Shown here: in pieces, positions 1 to 10,491 of the stretch
Position numbering within the stretch: the stretch's first letter is position 1
Layout: the number at the start of each line of letters is the position of its first letter
Assembly (NCBI GenBank): GCA_963728565.1
Contig: CAVSLC010000010.1
Location: 267,978 to 331,977 of the forward strand
DNA: 64,000 nucleotides
Source: an uncultured delta proteobacterium
GTDB lineage: Bacteria > Desulfobacterota > Binatia > UBA9968
Direction of reading: 5' to 3'
Notes under the pieces: model-generated
Databases searched by the model: none
What the model was told of the DNA's origin: nothing
The model's input: the letters and a program-made list of their open reading frames with translations, nothing else
Program-made: the position numbers and the translations under genes

Positions 1-362
1 TTCTCAGCGGTGCCGCCCACGCGGTGTTCAACGGCAAGATTCTCGTGCATAAAGACGCTCAGAAAACCGACGCTCGGCAGACCAATAGAAACTTGCTACT
101 CTCTGAACATGCGGTAGTAAACACCAAGCCGCAGCTGGAAATCCACGCCGATGATGTGAAGTGCAGCCACGGCTCGACAATTGGACAACTCGACAAAGAT
201 GCGCTTTTCTATCTCAGGTCCCGCGGCCTGGATAGAGCCGAGGCCCAGAGTCTTCTGAGCTACGCATTTGCCAGTGATCTCGTCGGGCGAGTGCGCATCG
301 CACCGCTTCGGGCACGACTGGATGAGTATATGCTTAAAAAGTTTAAACGGAGCCAAAGCTAA
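1..362 (+). CDS. sufD: Fe-S cluster assembly protein SufD, C-terminal part (5' end lies outside the window)
   Basis: Motifs FNGKILV..AQKTDA.QTN.NLLLS, KPQLEI.ADDVKCSHG and LFYLRSRG; directly upstream of sufS. Confidence 0.93.
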   Translation, partial: LSGAAHAVFNGKILVHKDAQKTDARQTNRNLLLSEHAVVNTKPQLEIHADDVKCSHGSTIGQLDKDALFYLRSRGLDRAEAQSLLSYAFASDLVGRVRIAPLRARLDEYMLKKFKRSQS

Positions 363-366
363 GAAC

Positions 367-1629
367 ATGAAAGCTGCTCGGGAAAAACGGTTGCTGCAAT
401 CGGGCGCTGAGAGTTTCAACGTCGATAAGATTCGACGAGATTTTCCGATCCTCAAAGAGCGGGTTCATGGCAAGCCATTGGTTTATCTCGATAACGGCGC
501 TACCAGTCAGAAGCCGCAGGTCGTCATCGACGCCCTGAATCGTTACTACAAGTCGGAAAACTCCAACATTCATCGTGGCGTGCATTATCTTAGCGAGCGG
601 GCAACCGCAAATTATGAGGCGGCGCGAGAAAAGATCCGTCAGTTTATCAACGCTGAACGCGGGCACGAGATTATTTTCGTGCGAGGGACCACGGAAGCCA
701 TCAATCTGGTCGCGCAAAGCTACGGAAGAAGCTTTCTAAAAGCTGGCGATGAAATCGTCATCTCAGCCATGGAGCATCATTCCAATATCGTTCCTTGGCA
801 AATTTTATGCGGCCAAATCGGTGCGCGCCTGCGTGTCGTCCCGATCAATCATGATGGCGAGTTTGTTGTCGACGAATATCGCCGTCTGTTAAACGAGAAC
901 ACTAAACTGGTCTCGCTGACGCATGTCTCGAATGCTTTGGGAAGCATCGTACCTGTCAAAGAAGCTGTTCGGCTGGCGCATGAGCGAGCCGTCCCGGTGT
1001 TATTGGATGGCGCGCAAGCGGTGCCACATTTCAAAGTGGATGTTCAGGATATCGGCTGCGATTTTTACGCTTTTTCGGGCCATAAGCTTTTCGGACCCAC
1101 CGGCGTCGGAGTGCTCTATGGAAAGGCCGAGCTGTTAGACGCTATGCCGCCTTATCAGGGTGGCGGGGATATGATCAGCTTGGTGACTTTCGAGAAGACT
1201 CACTACAATGTGCTACCCTATAAGTTTGAAGCGGGGACGCCGAACATCGCAGGCGGTATAGGATTGGGAGCGGCGATCGACTACTTGAACGGCTTTAACT
1301 GGGATGAGGTGTGCGCGCATGAAAGCGATCTGCTCGCATACGCAACCAATGCGCTGTCGGAGATTGAATCAATCCGGATAATCGGTTCAGCCAAGGACAA
1401 AGCCGGAGTTCTGTCATTTGTTTCCGATCATATCCACGCCCATGACGTCGGCACCATTCTCGACCAAGAAGGAGTCGCCATACGAGCCGGACATCATTGC
1501 GCCATGCCGGTGATGCAGCGATTCGGCGTGCCGGCAACGGCGCGCGCATCCTTTGCTTTCTACAACAATCGTGACGACGTGGACGCGCTGGTACGAGGAA
1601 TTCATCGAGTGTTAAAGGTATTTAGTTAA
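367..1629 (+). CDS. sufS: SufS-family cysteine desulfurase
   Basis: YLDNGATSQKP, FSGHK (PLP Lys) and RAGHHCA (catalytic Cys); ATG at 367 chosen, just after the sufD stop. Confidence 0.96.
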   Translation: MKAAREKRLLQSGAESFNVDKIRRDFPILKERVHGKPLVYLDNGATSQKPQVVIDALNRYYKSENSNIHRGVHYLSERATANYEAAREKIRQFINAERGHEIIFVRGTTEAINLVAQSYGRSFLKAGDEIVISAMEHHSNIVPWQILCGQIGARLRVVPINHDGEFVVDEYRRLLNENTKLVSLTHVSNALGSIVPVKEAVRLAHERAVPVLLDGAQAVPHFKVDVQDIGCDFYAFSGHKLFGPTGVGVLYGKAELLDAMPPYQGGGDMISLVTFEKTHYNVLPYKFEAGTPNIAGGIGLGAAIDYLNGFNWDEVCAHESDLLAYATNALSEIESIRIIGSAKDKAGVLSFVSDHIHAHDVGTILDQEGVAIRAGHHCAMPVMQRFGVPATARASFAFYNNRDDVDALVRGIHRVLKVFS

Positions 1630-2084
1630 TGTCAGAATTGGATGAGCTTTACCAAGAAGTGATCTTGGATCACAACAAGAGTCCACGCAACTTCCGTGAA
1701 ATAGTGGATGCCAATCGCCGATCCGAAGGCTACAACCCTCTGTGCGGCGACCACGTGACGGTCTTTGTGAACTTGGCAGAGGGAGTGATTCGGGACATCA
1801 GCTTCAAGGGATCCGGGTGCGCCATCTCCAAGGCATCGGCTTCATTGATGACTACCGAGCTGAAGGGCAAGTCGGAGGCTGAAGCGGAAAGAGTGTTTGA
1901 CACTGTCCACAAGATGCTTACGGGTGAGATCGGTGTGGAGGAGAGCGATCTTGAACGCCTCGGTAAACTAAAGATATTGTCGGGAGTATGCAAATTCCCG
2001 GCGCGAGTGAAATGCGCCAGTTTGGCTTGGCATACTATGAATGCGGCATTGAAGGGAAGCGACAAGGTTGCTTCAACAGAGTGA
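1629..2084 (+). CDS. sufU: SufU/NifU-type Fe-S sulfur-transfer protein
   Basis: LYQEVILDH, NPLCGD, GCAISKAS and RVKCA motifs; start overlaps the sufS stop. Confidence 0.93.
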   Translation: MSELDELYQEVILDHNKSPRNFREIVDANRRSEGYNPLCGDHVTVFVNLAEGVIRDISFKGSGCAISKASASLMTTELKGKSEAEAERVFDTVHKMLTGEIGVEESDLERLGKLKILSGVCKFPARVKCASLAWHTMNAALKGSDKVASTE

Positions 2085-2112
2085 TGCTGCAGGGCGCAGG
2101 AGGGCGGACGGC

Positions 2113-2667
2113 ATGCAACCTGAAAAACCCATTACCGTCAAGCGCGACTGTGATGTGCTGATGGTCCCAAGCGGAGAAAAGTTGAAGTTGGTCTCCGGTA
2201 GCACAGTATGGCTAACTCAGTCTCTAGGCGGCAGTTATACGGTAATGACCGACCGGGGTTATACGGTTCGTGTCGAGGGAAAAGACGCCGATGCTATCGG
2301 GCTGGAGCCGGTACTGGATGGACAATCCCGCCAGGATTATTTGGCGAATGATATCGAAGCAGTCGAGAGCCGAGTCTGGGAACAGTTAAGATCCTGTTTT
2401 GATCCCGAGATCCCAGTCAATATTGTCGAGCTAGGACTGATCTATGACTGCGCGGTGACCCCTATAGAAGGCGCTTATCGGGTCAGCGTTAAATTCACGC
2501 TGACCGCTCGCGGATGTGGCATGGGTGAGGTTTTGAAGCGAGACATCGCGACGAAGTTGCTAGCAATTCCAGGGGTGCGCGAGGCCGATGTCGAGTTGGT
2601 CTGGGATCCGCCCTGGAGCCAAAGCCGTATCTCTGCAGCTGCGAAACTGCAATTGGGCATGGCATAG
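2113..2667 (+). CDS. sufT: Long-form SufT/DUF59 Fe-S assembly protein
   Basis: N-terminal TQSLGGSYTV..RVEGKDADAIG domain plus DUF59 motifs DPEIPVNIVELGLIY, TLTA.GCGM and VWDPPW. Confidence 0.85.
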   Translation: MQPEKPITVKRDCDVLMVPSGEKLKLVSGSTVWLTQSLGGSYTVMTDRGYTVRVEGKDADAIGLEPVLDGQSRQDYLANDIEAVESRVWEQLRSCFDPEIPVNIVELGLIYDCAVTPIEGAYRVSVKFTLTARGCGMGEVLKRDIATKLLAIPGVREADVELVWDPPWSQSRISAAAKLQLGMA

Positions 2668-2697
2668 CGACCGTCGCGACTAAAGCGGGAGTAAACT

Positions 2698-3018
2698 ATG
2701 GAAAGTATCAACCAGCTGGTTATTGAAAGCGAAGTCCTGGAGGCGCTAAGAACCTGTTTTGACCCCGAAATTCCAGTTAACATCTACGAGTTGGGGCTAA
2801 TTTACAACGTCAACGTTGAAGAGGGTGGCGCGGTAACAATCACCATGACTCTGACTTCGCCTCACTGTCCCGCCGCCCAATCTATGCCAGCCGAAATTGA
2901 AGAGAAGGTCAAGGCTGTTTCCGGGGTGAGTGACGTCAAAATTGACCTGGTGTGGGATCCGCCATGGGATCCAAGCAAGATGTCTGAGGCGGCCCGGCTT
3001 CAGCTTGGGATGATGTAG
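2698..3018 (+). CDS. Stand-alone DUF59 (MIP18/SufT-like) Fe-S assembly protein
   Basis: DPEIPVNIYELGLIY, TLTSPHCP and VWDPPW. Confidence 0.88.
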   Translation: MESINQLVIESEVLEALRTCFDPEIPVNIYELGLIYNVNVEEGGAVTITMTLTSPHCPAAQSMPAEIEEKVKAVSGVSDVKIDLVWDPPWDPSKMSEAARLQLGMM

Positions 3019-3055
3019 GCGCCCGGCAGCGAGCTTTTATAATCAAAATCGACCT

Positions 3056-3463
3056 ATGGAGAATCTCTTCGTCCAGCTCGGCGGCGAGCTCAAACTCAGA
3101 AAAATTGTCGACACATTCATCGAGCGGGTTTTTGCCGATCGGATGATCGGGTTTTTCTTTCGCAAAGCCGACAAAGACCGTATCAAGGAGATGGAATATC
3201 AACTTGCGGCCAGTTTCTTAGGAGCCAGCGTAGAATACCAGGGACGACCGTTGGATCGGGCGCATGCCCGGCACCCAATCATGGGAGGTCATTTCGCGCG
3301 GCGCAAGCAGATTTTAAAAGAGACCCTGGAGTTGTATGAGGTTGCCGAGAACATCAAAGAGGCATGGTTAAAACATACAGAAGATCTCCGGCCTCTAATT
3401 ACAGGTCAGGGCGGTTCCGGGTGCGATCCCATCGACGCGCGCCGCAAGGCAACCGGCTCCTGA
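3056..3463 (+). CDS. Group I (N-type) truncated hemoglobin-like protein
   Basis: LF.QLGG start, D..I.FFF (CD1), Y.GR.L..AH (proximal His) and HF pattern of 2/2 globins. Confidence 0.8.
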   Translation: MENLFVQLGGELKLRKIVDTFIERVFADRMIGFFFRKADKDRIKEMEYQLAASFLGASVEYQGRPLDRAHARHPIMGGHFARRKQILKETLELYEVAENIKEAWLKHTEDLRPLITGQGGSGCDPIDARRKATGS

Positions 3464-3560
3464 AACTCTCCCTTTCCCTCGCCATTCCGGTTGTGATCTC
3501 TTATAACCTTGTGTTATTAGTAATCAATCCGGCTACGGTATTCATCAGGAATATTCCTTA

Positions 3561-4424
3561 GTGAAATTAGCTGACCTTTATGCCCAGCCCGGGTTAACAC
3601 TCTCAGTTGAATTTTTTCCTCCAAAAACAGACAAAGGCGAGGAAGCCCTCTTCGGCGAGATCGAATTAATCAAATCGCTGAGACCCGCTTTTTGTTCTGT
3701 GACATACGGGGCTGGCGGAAGCACGCGCGAAAAAACCGTCGATCTCGTGGATCGAATTCATCGCGAGTGCGGTCTCGAAACGATGTGCCATTTGACCGTG
3801 GTTGGCCAGTCAAAGGATGATGCTCGCGGAGTCCTCAGGCGCCTGCAGGAAAAAGGTTTGGAAAATGTCCTGGCTCTGGGTGGGGATCCTCCGGCGGGTA
3901 TGGCGAATTGGCAGCCGCATCCGGATGGTTTCCAGCATGCCGTAGAACTGGTTCGAGAGGCCATTTCTTTCGGCTACTTCTCGGTTGCCGTGGCAGGCTT
4001 TCCCGAGATTCATCCGCGAGCTAAAAGCAGGGCCTCCGATCTGGGTTACCTGAAGGAAAAAATTGACGCTGGGGCTCAAGCGATCATCACCCAATTATTC
4101 TTCGATAACGATCAATATTATCGCTATTTCGAAGATGTCAGAAAACTAGGGATCCAGGTGCCGATCATTCCGGGCGTTCTGCCGATTGTTTCCGCTCCCC
4201 AGATCCGCCGCTTTACCGCTTTATGTTGCGCGCGAATTCCACCGCAGTTGGAGCAAGCGTTGAGCAAAGTTGAAAACGACGATAATGCGGCAATTCAACT
4301 CGGAATCGAATATGCGACACGTCAATGCGAGGCGTTGATCCAGTTCGGCGTTACAGGGCTTCATTTCTACTCCTTGAATAAATCGCATTCAGTTGCCGCG
4401 ATCTGCGGTAATCTCGGAATTTAG
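3561..4424 (+). CDS. metF: 5,10-methylenetetrahydrofolate reductase
   Basis: SVEFFPPK, SVTYGAGGSTR, ITQLFFD and LHFYSLN. Confidence 0.94.
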   Translation: MKLADLYAQPGLTLSVEFFPPKTDKGEEALFGEIELIKSLRPAFCSVTYGAGGSTREKTVDLVDRIHRECGLETMCHLTVVGQSKDDARGVLRRLQEKGLENVLALGGDPPAGMANWQPHPDGFQHAVELVREAISFGYFSVAVAGFPEIHPRAKSRASDLGYLKEKIDAGAQAIITQLFFDNDQYYRYFEDVRKLGIQVPIIPGVLPIVSAPQIRRFTALCCARIPPQLEQALSKVENDDNAAIQLGIEYATRQCEALIQFGVTGLHFYSLNKSHSVAAICGNLGI

Positions 4425-4486
4425 AGCTCTCTGCTGACTTCCTCGTTGAATTCAACGTTTGCCGATAGTACGTTTCACAGATACCG

Positions 4487-5992
4487 ATGTCGACGTCCGA
4501 AAAAGAACTTGTAGAAGAGACCGGCGAGCAAATTGAAGTGCGCCGGCAGAAGCTCGCAAAACTCAGGGAAGCCGGTCACGAAATCTACCCCAATGACTTT
4601 CGACCCAATCACACCACAGCGGAAGTCATATCCAAGTTCAACGAGTGCAGCGAGGAAGATCTCCCGACCCTGGCAACAGATATCATCTTGGCCGGGCGCA
4701 TCATGGGCATACGTAAGTTCGGCAAGGCTTCGTTCTTTCACCTTCAGGATCGTAGAGGCAGGCTGCAAGTCTACGCGCGCAAAGATCGTCTCGGCGACGA
4801 GGGATATGCTTTGTTCCAGTCGTTTGACGTCGGCGACATAGTCGGCGTATCGGGCCATCTCTTTCGCACCAAAACAAAGGAATTGACCCTCGAAGCTGAA
4901 AGCGTCCGACTGCTGGCGAAATGTCTCCGGCCTTTGCCGGAAAAATGGCATGGTTTAGCCGATGTTGAGGCGAGATACCGCCAGCGCTACGTCGATCTAA
5001 TGGTCAACCCCGAAGTGCGGGATGTCTTCGAGACGCGCTCTCGGATCCTCCGTTTAGTGCGGAAGTTTTTTGAGCAGCGAGATTTTCTCGAAGTGGAAAC
5101 TCCAATGATGCAGGCAATTCCCGGGGGAGCCGCCGCCCGGCCGTTTACCACTCATCATAACGCCCTCGATCTTGAACTATTCCTGCGGATTGCCCCCGAG
5201 TTGTTTTTAAAGCGCCTGCTGGTGGGCGGTATTGAAAGAGTTTTTGAGCTCAACCGCAATTTCCGCAACGAAGGAATTTCGGTGCGGCATAATCCTGAAT
5301 TTACCATGCTGGAATTTTATCAGGCCTACGCAACATTCGAAGATCTCATGCGTCTAACGGAAGAATTATTTGTCTCGCTTGCCAATGAGGTGGCCGGCAG
5401 CCTTCAGATTCCTTACGGAGAGCACCTCATCGATCTGACGCCGCCCTGGCAAAGCATGACGATTGCCGCTGCCATCGCGCTCTATGGTAGCGTCGAGACA
5501 AAAGAAATTGCCACTATCGATGGGTTGAAAAGCTTCGCAAAGAGTCAGGGTTTGCAGATAGATGTCAATGCTCCTTATGGCACTTTGTTAGTTGAAGTTT
5601 TCGAAGAGGTGGCGGAGGTGAAAATAATCCAGCCGACATTTATTTCCGGATATCCCATTGAAGTCTCTCCCCTGGCCCGCAAGAACGACAACAATCCTGC
5701 GTTAGTGGATCGATTTGAGCTATTTATCGCCGGGCGCGAGCTGGCCAATGCCTTCTCCGAGTTGAACGATCCGGCGGATCAGCGGCGGCGGTTTGTCGAA
5801 CAGATGAAGGCGCGCGCCGCGGGAGATGATACCGCCAATCCAATCGACGAAGATTATCTGCGCGCGCTTGAATATGGGATGCCGCCGGCCGCGGGTGAAG
5901 GCATCGGCATCGACCGGCTGGTGATGTTTTTCACCAATTCGGCCTCTATCCGTGACGTTATCTTATTTCCATTGCTCCGTCCGCAGCGCTAG
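4487..5992 (+). CDS. lysS: Lysine--tRNA ligase (class II)
   Basis: RYRQRYVDL, LRIAPELFLKRL, FRNEG..HNPEF and GIGIDRL. Confidence 0.97.
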   Translation: MSTSEKELVEETGEQIEVRRQKLAKLREAGHEIYPNDFRPNHTTAEVISKFNECSEEDLPTLATDIILAGRIMGIRKFGKASFFHLQDRRGRLQVYARKDRLGDEGYALFQSFDVGDIVGVSGHLFRTKTKELTLEAESVRLLAKCLRPLPEKWHGLADVEARYRQRYVDLMVNPEVRDVFETRSRILRLVRKFFEQRDFLEVETPMMQAIPGGAAARPFTTHHNALDLELFLRIAPELFLKRLLVGGIERVFELNRNFRNEGISVRHNPEFTMLEFYQAYATFEDLMRLTEELFVSLANEVAGSLQIPYGEHLIDLTPPWQSMTIAAAIALYGSVETKEIATIDGLKSFAKSQGLQIDVNAPYGTLLVEVFEEVAEVKIIQPTFISGYPIEVSPLARKNDNNPALVDRFELFIAGRELANAFSELNDPADQRRRFVEQMKARAAGDDTANPIDEDYLRALEYGMPPAAGEGIGIDRLVMFFTNSASIRDVILFPLLRPQR

Positions 5993-6017
5993 CCCGCCCG
6001 AGCCAATTTATCCGAGC

Positions 6018-7265
6018 ATGAATTACGAGCTTTTCATTGGTCTCAGGTATCTGAGAGCTCGCCGACAAGAAACCTTCATCTCGCTGATCACGGTTATTTC
6101 CGTGCTTGGCGTTATGATCGGCGTGATGACTTTGAACGTGGTCATGGCGGTCATGACGGGGTTCGAGGAAACACTGCGCGATCGCTTGCTCGGGATCAAC
6201 GCACATATCGCTTTGCTGAAGTCCGGCGATCAGCTTTCGGAATACGAAGAGCTAGTCCAGCAAGTGGTCAAGCAGGAGGGTGTAGTCGCCGCCTCGCCGG
6301 CGATTTACGGCCAAGTGATGTTGACGTCCGGCTCACGGGTTTCGGGAGTGGTTGTTCGTGGTGTCGATCCGGACCGTGTCAATGCCGTTGTCGATTTGCA
6401 GCGCTACATGAAACAAGGAAGCATCGCCGGCCTCAAGCAGCAGAATCCGGTTCAGGTGCAAGATCGCACCATCATGCTGCCTGGCGTGATCATGGGCGAG
6501 CGGCTGGCGGCTCAGCTCGGGGTCTTTGTCGGTAGTCCGATTCAGGTGGTCTCTCCGCTTGGAAGTCCGACAGCCATCGGCGTTATTCCAAAAGTGCGCC
6601 GGTTTGTCATCACCGGGCTCTTGAATACCGGAATGAGTGAGATTGACTCGACCCTGGTGTTTATGGGACTTGCCGACGCGCAAAAATTTTTCGAGCTTGG
6701 CGATGCGGTCAGCAACATAGAAATCCGGGTCGATGACGTCAATCAATCGCGCGCGATTGCCGATCGGATTCAGCTACAATTGGGATTTCCCTATCTTACG
6801 GAAGATTGGACCCGGCTATGGCCGAACCTGTTTTCCGCGCTGCAGTTGGAAAAGACCGTCTATTTTTTGGTGTTGCTGTTGATGGTTCTGATCGGCGCTT
6901 TTAACATCATTTCGACCCTAGTCATGGTGGTGATGGAAAAACGGAAGGATATTGCGATCTTGATGTCGATGGGTGCGACCCGAGCCAGCATCCGAAAGAT
7001 CTTTTTGCTCAAGGGATTTATCATTGGCATTGTCGGCACGACGTTGGGCCTGCTTCTTGGCCTTCTGGTCTGCACATTGATCGCCCAGTACCGGTTTGAG
7101 CTGCCCAAAGACGTGTTCTTGATCTCCACAGTTCCGGTGCGGATTTATTTTAGTAATTTTATGATCGTGACCGTGGCATCATTCTTTGTGTGTTTGCTCG
7201 CCAGCATTTATCCGGCTCGGCAAGCCGCCAAACTGGATCCGGTCGAGATCATCCGTTATGAGTAG
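6018..7265 (+). CDS. lolE: Lipoprotein-releasing ABC transporter permease LolC/E
   Basis: FIGLRYL, AVMTGFE, AFNIISTL.M.V.EK..DIAIL and YPA..AAKLDP; upstream of lolD. Confidence 0.9.
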   Translation: MNYELFIGLRYLRARRQETFISLITVISVLGVMIGVMTLNVVMAVMTGFEETLRDRLLGINAHIALLKSGDQLSEYEELVQQVVKQEGVVAASPAIYGQVMLTSGSRVSGVVVRGVDPDRVNAVVDLQRYMKQGSIAGLKQQNPVQVQDRTIMLPGVIMGERLAAQLGVFVGSPIQVVSPLGSPTAIGVIPKVRRFVITGLLNTGMSEIDSTLVFMGLADAQKFFELGDAVSNIEIRVDDVNQSRAIADRIQLQLGFPYLTEDWTRLWPNLFSALQLEKTVYFLVLLLMVLIGAFNIISTLVMVVMEKRKDIAILMSMGATRASIRKIFLLKGFIIGIVGTTLGLLLGLLVCTLIAQYRFELPKDVFLISTVPVRIYFSNFMIVTVASFFVCLLASIYPARQAAKLDPVEIIRYE

Positions 7266-7947
7266 TCTCCTGTCCGCGCGCGACATCGATAAATCCTACA
7301 GCGAAGGAGGAAGGGAAATCGTCGTGCTGCGTCACTTGAGCCTGGAGTTGCAAACCTCCGAGCGGTTGGCGATTGTCGGAGAATCCGGTGTCGGTAAAAG
7401 CACGCTTTTGCATATACTGGGGACTCTGGACCGGCCGACCAGCGGACGAATCATTTATTCGGGCAAGGAGTTACCATTGGACGACGAGGCCGCCGTCTCT
7501 GCTTTCCGCAATCGAGAGATCGGTTTTGTTTTCCAGTTCCATTACTTGTTGCCGGATTTTTCAGCTCTCGAGAACGTCATGCTGCCGGCGCTGATCCAAG
7601 GGATGTCGCCGGCGCAGGCCCGGGAGCAGGCGGAGGATCTCCTCGAATCCGTCGGACTCAAAGAGCGAATGAGCCATCGCCCTGGTAAACTATCCGGAGG
7701 CGAGCAGCAGCGGGTATCGGTGGCGCGATCGGTGATTCTCCAGCCCAAACTGATTCTCGCCGACGAACCGACGGGGTCATTGGACTTTCGCATCGGGCAG
7801 GAGGTGCATGACCTGCTTTTTCAGCTCAATGAACAGCGCGGGGTCGCGCTGATTATCGCAACGCACAACCGTGACTTCGCTGAAAAGATCGGTCGGCAGT
7901 TGGAGTTGCGTGATGGCCAGTTGTTCCCGGTCACTCACTGCGGTTGA
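7258..7947 (+). CDS. lolD: Lipoprotein-releasing ABC transporter ATP-binding protein
   Basis: GESGVGKST, GFVFQFHYLL.DF, LSGGEQQR and ADEPTG. Confidence 0.92.
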   Translation: MSSLLSARDIDKSYSEGGREIVVLRHLSLELQTSERLAIVGESGVGKSTLLHILGTLDRPTSGRIIYSGKELPLDDEAAVSAFRNREIGFVFQFHYLLPDFSALENVMLPALIQGMSPAQAREQAEDLLESVGLKERMSHRPGKLSGGEQQRVSVARSVILQPKLILADEPTGSLDFRIGQEVHDLLFQLNEQRGVALIIATHNRDFAEKIGRQLELRDGQLFPVTHCG

Positions 7948-8026
7948 TTTAGCTTTACAAGATCAGGCAAATTTGCTAAAAAATTCAGCATTGTCATCCC
8001 TCCAAAGAGGTCTTGCCCCGGGCAGA

Positions 8027-10491
8027 ATGAAACCGCAATTCACTATCGTTGAATTTCTCCAGACAGTGCTTTGTTGTGTTTATGTCCTTTCACTTACGTC
8101 GACTTCAGCCTTGTGGGCACAGGAAAAGGTTGGCCTTAAAGACGTCAGGATAACCGGCAATGTGAGAGTCGAAGAAGACGGTATTCGACTTCATATCAAA
8201 AGCCGAGCCGGTGCCGATTTCGATCCCGCTCTCGTCGAACAAGACGTCAAAGCGATTTTTAGGATGGGATTCTTCGACGACGTCGAAGCCCAGCTCTCCC
8301 CTGAGAACGTATTGATCTATTCAGTCAAAGAGAAACCCTACGTGCGCGAGGTAAGAATACAGGGCGCCTCACAAGTAGGGCGTGAGAAAATCGAAACCGC
8401 TCTCGGCGTGACGCCGCGAACGGTTCTCGACCGGAGCAAGGTTGCCGAGGGTATCGAGAAGGTCAGAAGGCTGTACGGCGAGCAGGGGTACGGGAATGCT
8501 CAGGTGGATTATGCCGTATCGGTTGAATCTAACAATCAGGCCGTTTTGGTCCTTGATATAAACGAGGGGAATCGGCTGTTGATCAAGAAGATCAGCTTCG
8601 AAGGTAATCGCACGTTTAGCGAAAGCGAACTCAAAGGCTTGATGGCGACGAAGGAAGAGTGGCTCTTTTCTTTCATAACAAATCGCGGTGTTCTGGATCG
8701 CGATATCCTGACCAATGATGTTGCCATTTTAGGTAATCATTACATCGATCACGGCTACATCGATCATAAGATCGATGAGCCGGTGGTGTTACGCGGCCGC
8801 GATGGCCTGGAATTGGTGATCAGAGTCCACGAAGGGCCGCAATACCGTGTCGGCAAGGTCGAGATCGGCGGGGACTTGATTCAAGGCGGCGAAGAGATGC
8901 TGAAGCGGGTGAAAATCACCGAAGGGCAGATCTTTAGAGGCAGCCGTTTGCGTGACGATATTTCCGCCTTGACCGATCTCTACTCCAACAAAGGGTTTGC
9001 TTTCGCGCAAATCGAACCGGTCACCAAAGTCAACGCCAGTGAAAAGAAGGTCGATATCGCGCTGGTCATCGCTAAAGGTCCGCCGGTGTACTTCAATCGA
9101 GTTTTAGTCGCGGGGAACACCAAAACCAGGGATAAGGTGGTTCGCAGGGAGTTACTGACTTCCGAACAAGAGCTCTATTCCAGTTCGAAGATCTCTCAGA
9201 GCCGAAACGCGCTTCAACGGACCGGGTATTTTGAGGACGTCCAGCTGACCACGAAAAAGACTGACCAACCTGATACGGTGGATCTCCTGGTCGATGTTAA
9301 GGAAGGGCCTACCGGCACATTCACCTTGGGGGCCGGTTTTAGCAGCGGGGACGGGTTTATTTTCAATGCCAGCATCGCCGAAAAGAATTTGTTTGGCCGC
9401 GGCCAGGGACTTAACGGCAGTTTCGCAATCGGCTCCAGTCGCCAAGACTTTATAGTCGGGTTTGCCGAGCCGTACTTCAACGACACTCCGATGGCTTTAG
9501 GGGTCGATGCCTTCAACACGCAGCGCGAATTCAACGATTTCGATGAAAGAAAGTTGGGTTTCGGAATCAATACTAGCTATCCTTTGAAGGATCTCAGCGT
9601 GCCGTTTTATGGCCGGCTTAGGAAGCAGCCTGCGCTCGGATCGGATCAATTGGCCAGCAATCCGGCGCCCTCGGTTTGGGATTATATGCGCGGCGGAATA
9701 GGTTATGACTTTACTCGTGAGACCATCAATAATGTCGAGGCCACGGCTCCAACGACAATTCAGGACGAAAAAGGCACATCGTTAACCAGCGCGATGACCC
9801 CAAGCATTAGCTACGACAGCCGGGATCATTTCTTTAACCCGACCGAGGGAGCTAAATCCGCTTTCTCGGTCAAGTTTGCGGGATTGGGCGGCGATAATCG
9901 TTTTATCAAATCAGATTTGAGCGGTCGCTGGTATTATCCTCTTTTGAAAGACCCTAACTGGGGCGGCGCCTATGTGCTGTCTTTAGGCGGATCCCTGGGG
10001 TACGGCGTCGGATTGGTCCAACGCTCTGATAGTATAAACGATTTGCCGCTGTTCGAGCGTTACTTCCTTGGCGGAATCAATTCCGTGCGCGGCTTCGCGG
10101 AACGAAGCCTCGGTCCGCGGGAACCCGCCAATTGCGATAGATGGGATAATGCACCGACACTGAAGTAGTCGGTGGCGACAAGGCGATGGTACTGAGCGCC
10201 GAACTGATGTTTCCAATCATGGAGCAATTCGGGCTTCGCGGCGTGGCTTTCTTCGATATGGGTAATTCGTTCGGTGGATCTGATAAGTTCAGTATCACTG
10301 ACCTTAGAAGATCGGTCGGTTTCGGAGCGCGATGGATGTCCCCGTTTGGTCCTTTGCGTGTCGAGCTTGGATTCCCCCTGAACAAGCAATCCGATGATGA
10401 AACTTCGGTCATCGGCTTCACTCTGGGCAGCCCAGCCCTAGCTGGCATTCTTGTCCCCTGTCCACTAAGCTCTAATTTTCTGGAGGCGTAA
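8027..10491 (+). CDS. bamA: Outer-membrane protein assembly factor BamA; frameshift near 10145 and possibly a second near 10431 (true stop perhaps 10441)
   Basis: POTRA repeats (GNTKTRDKVVRRE) and VRGF motif; the C-terminal SPFGPLRVELG lies in the next frame (10186-10491), joined by ..CTDTEVVGGDKAMV. Confidence 0.9.

Noticed and set aside
3464-3560. SAM riboswitch upstream of metF
   Set aside because: The gap is short and AT-rich, with no recognisable SAM-I, SAM-II or SAH consensus.
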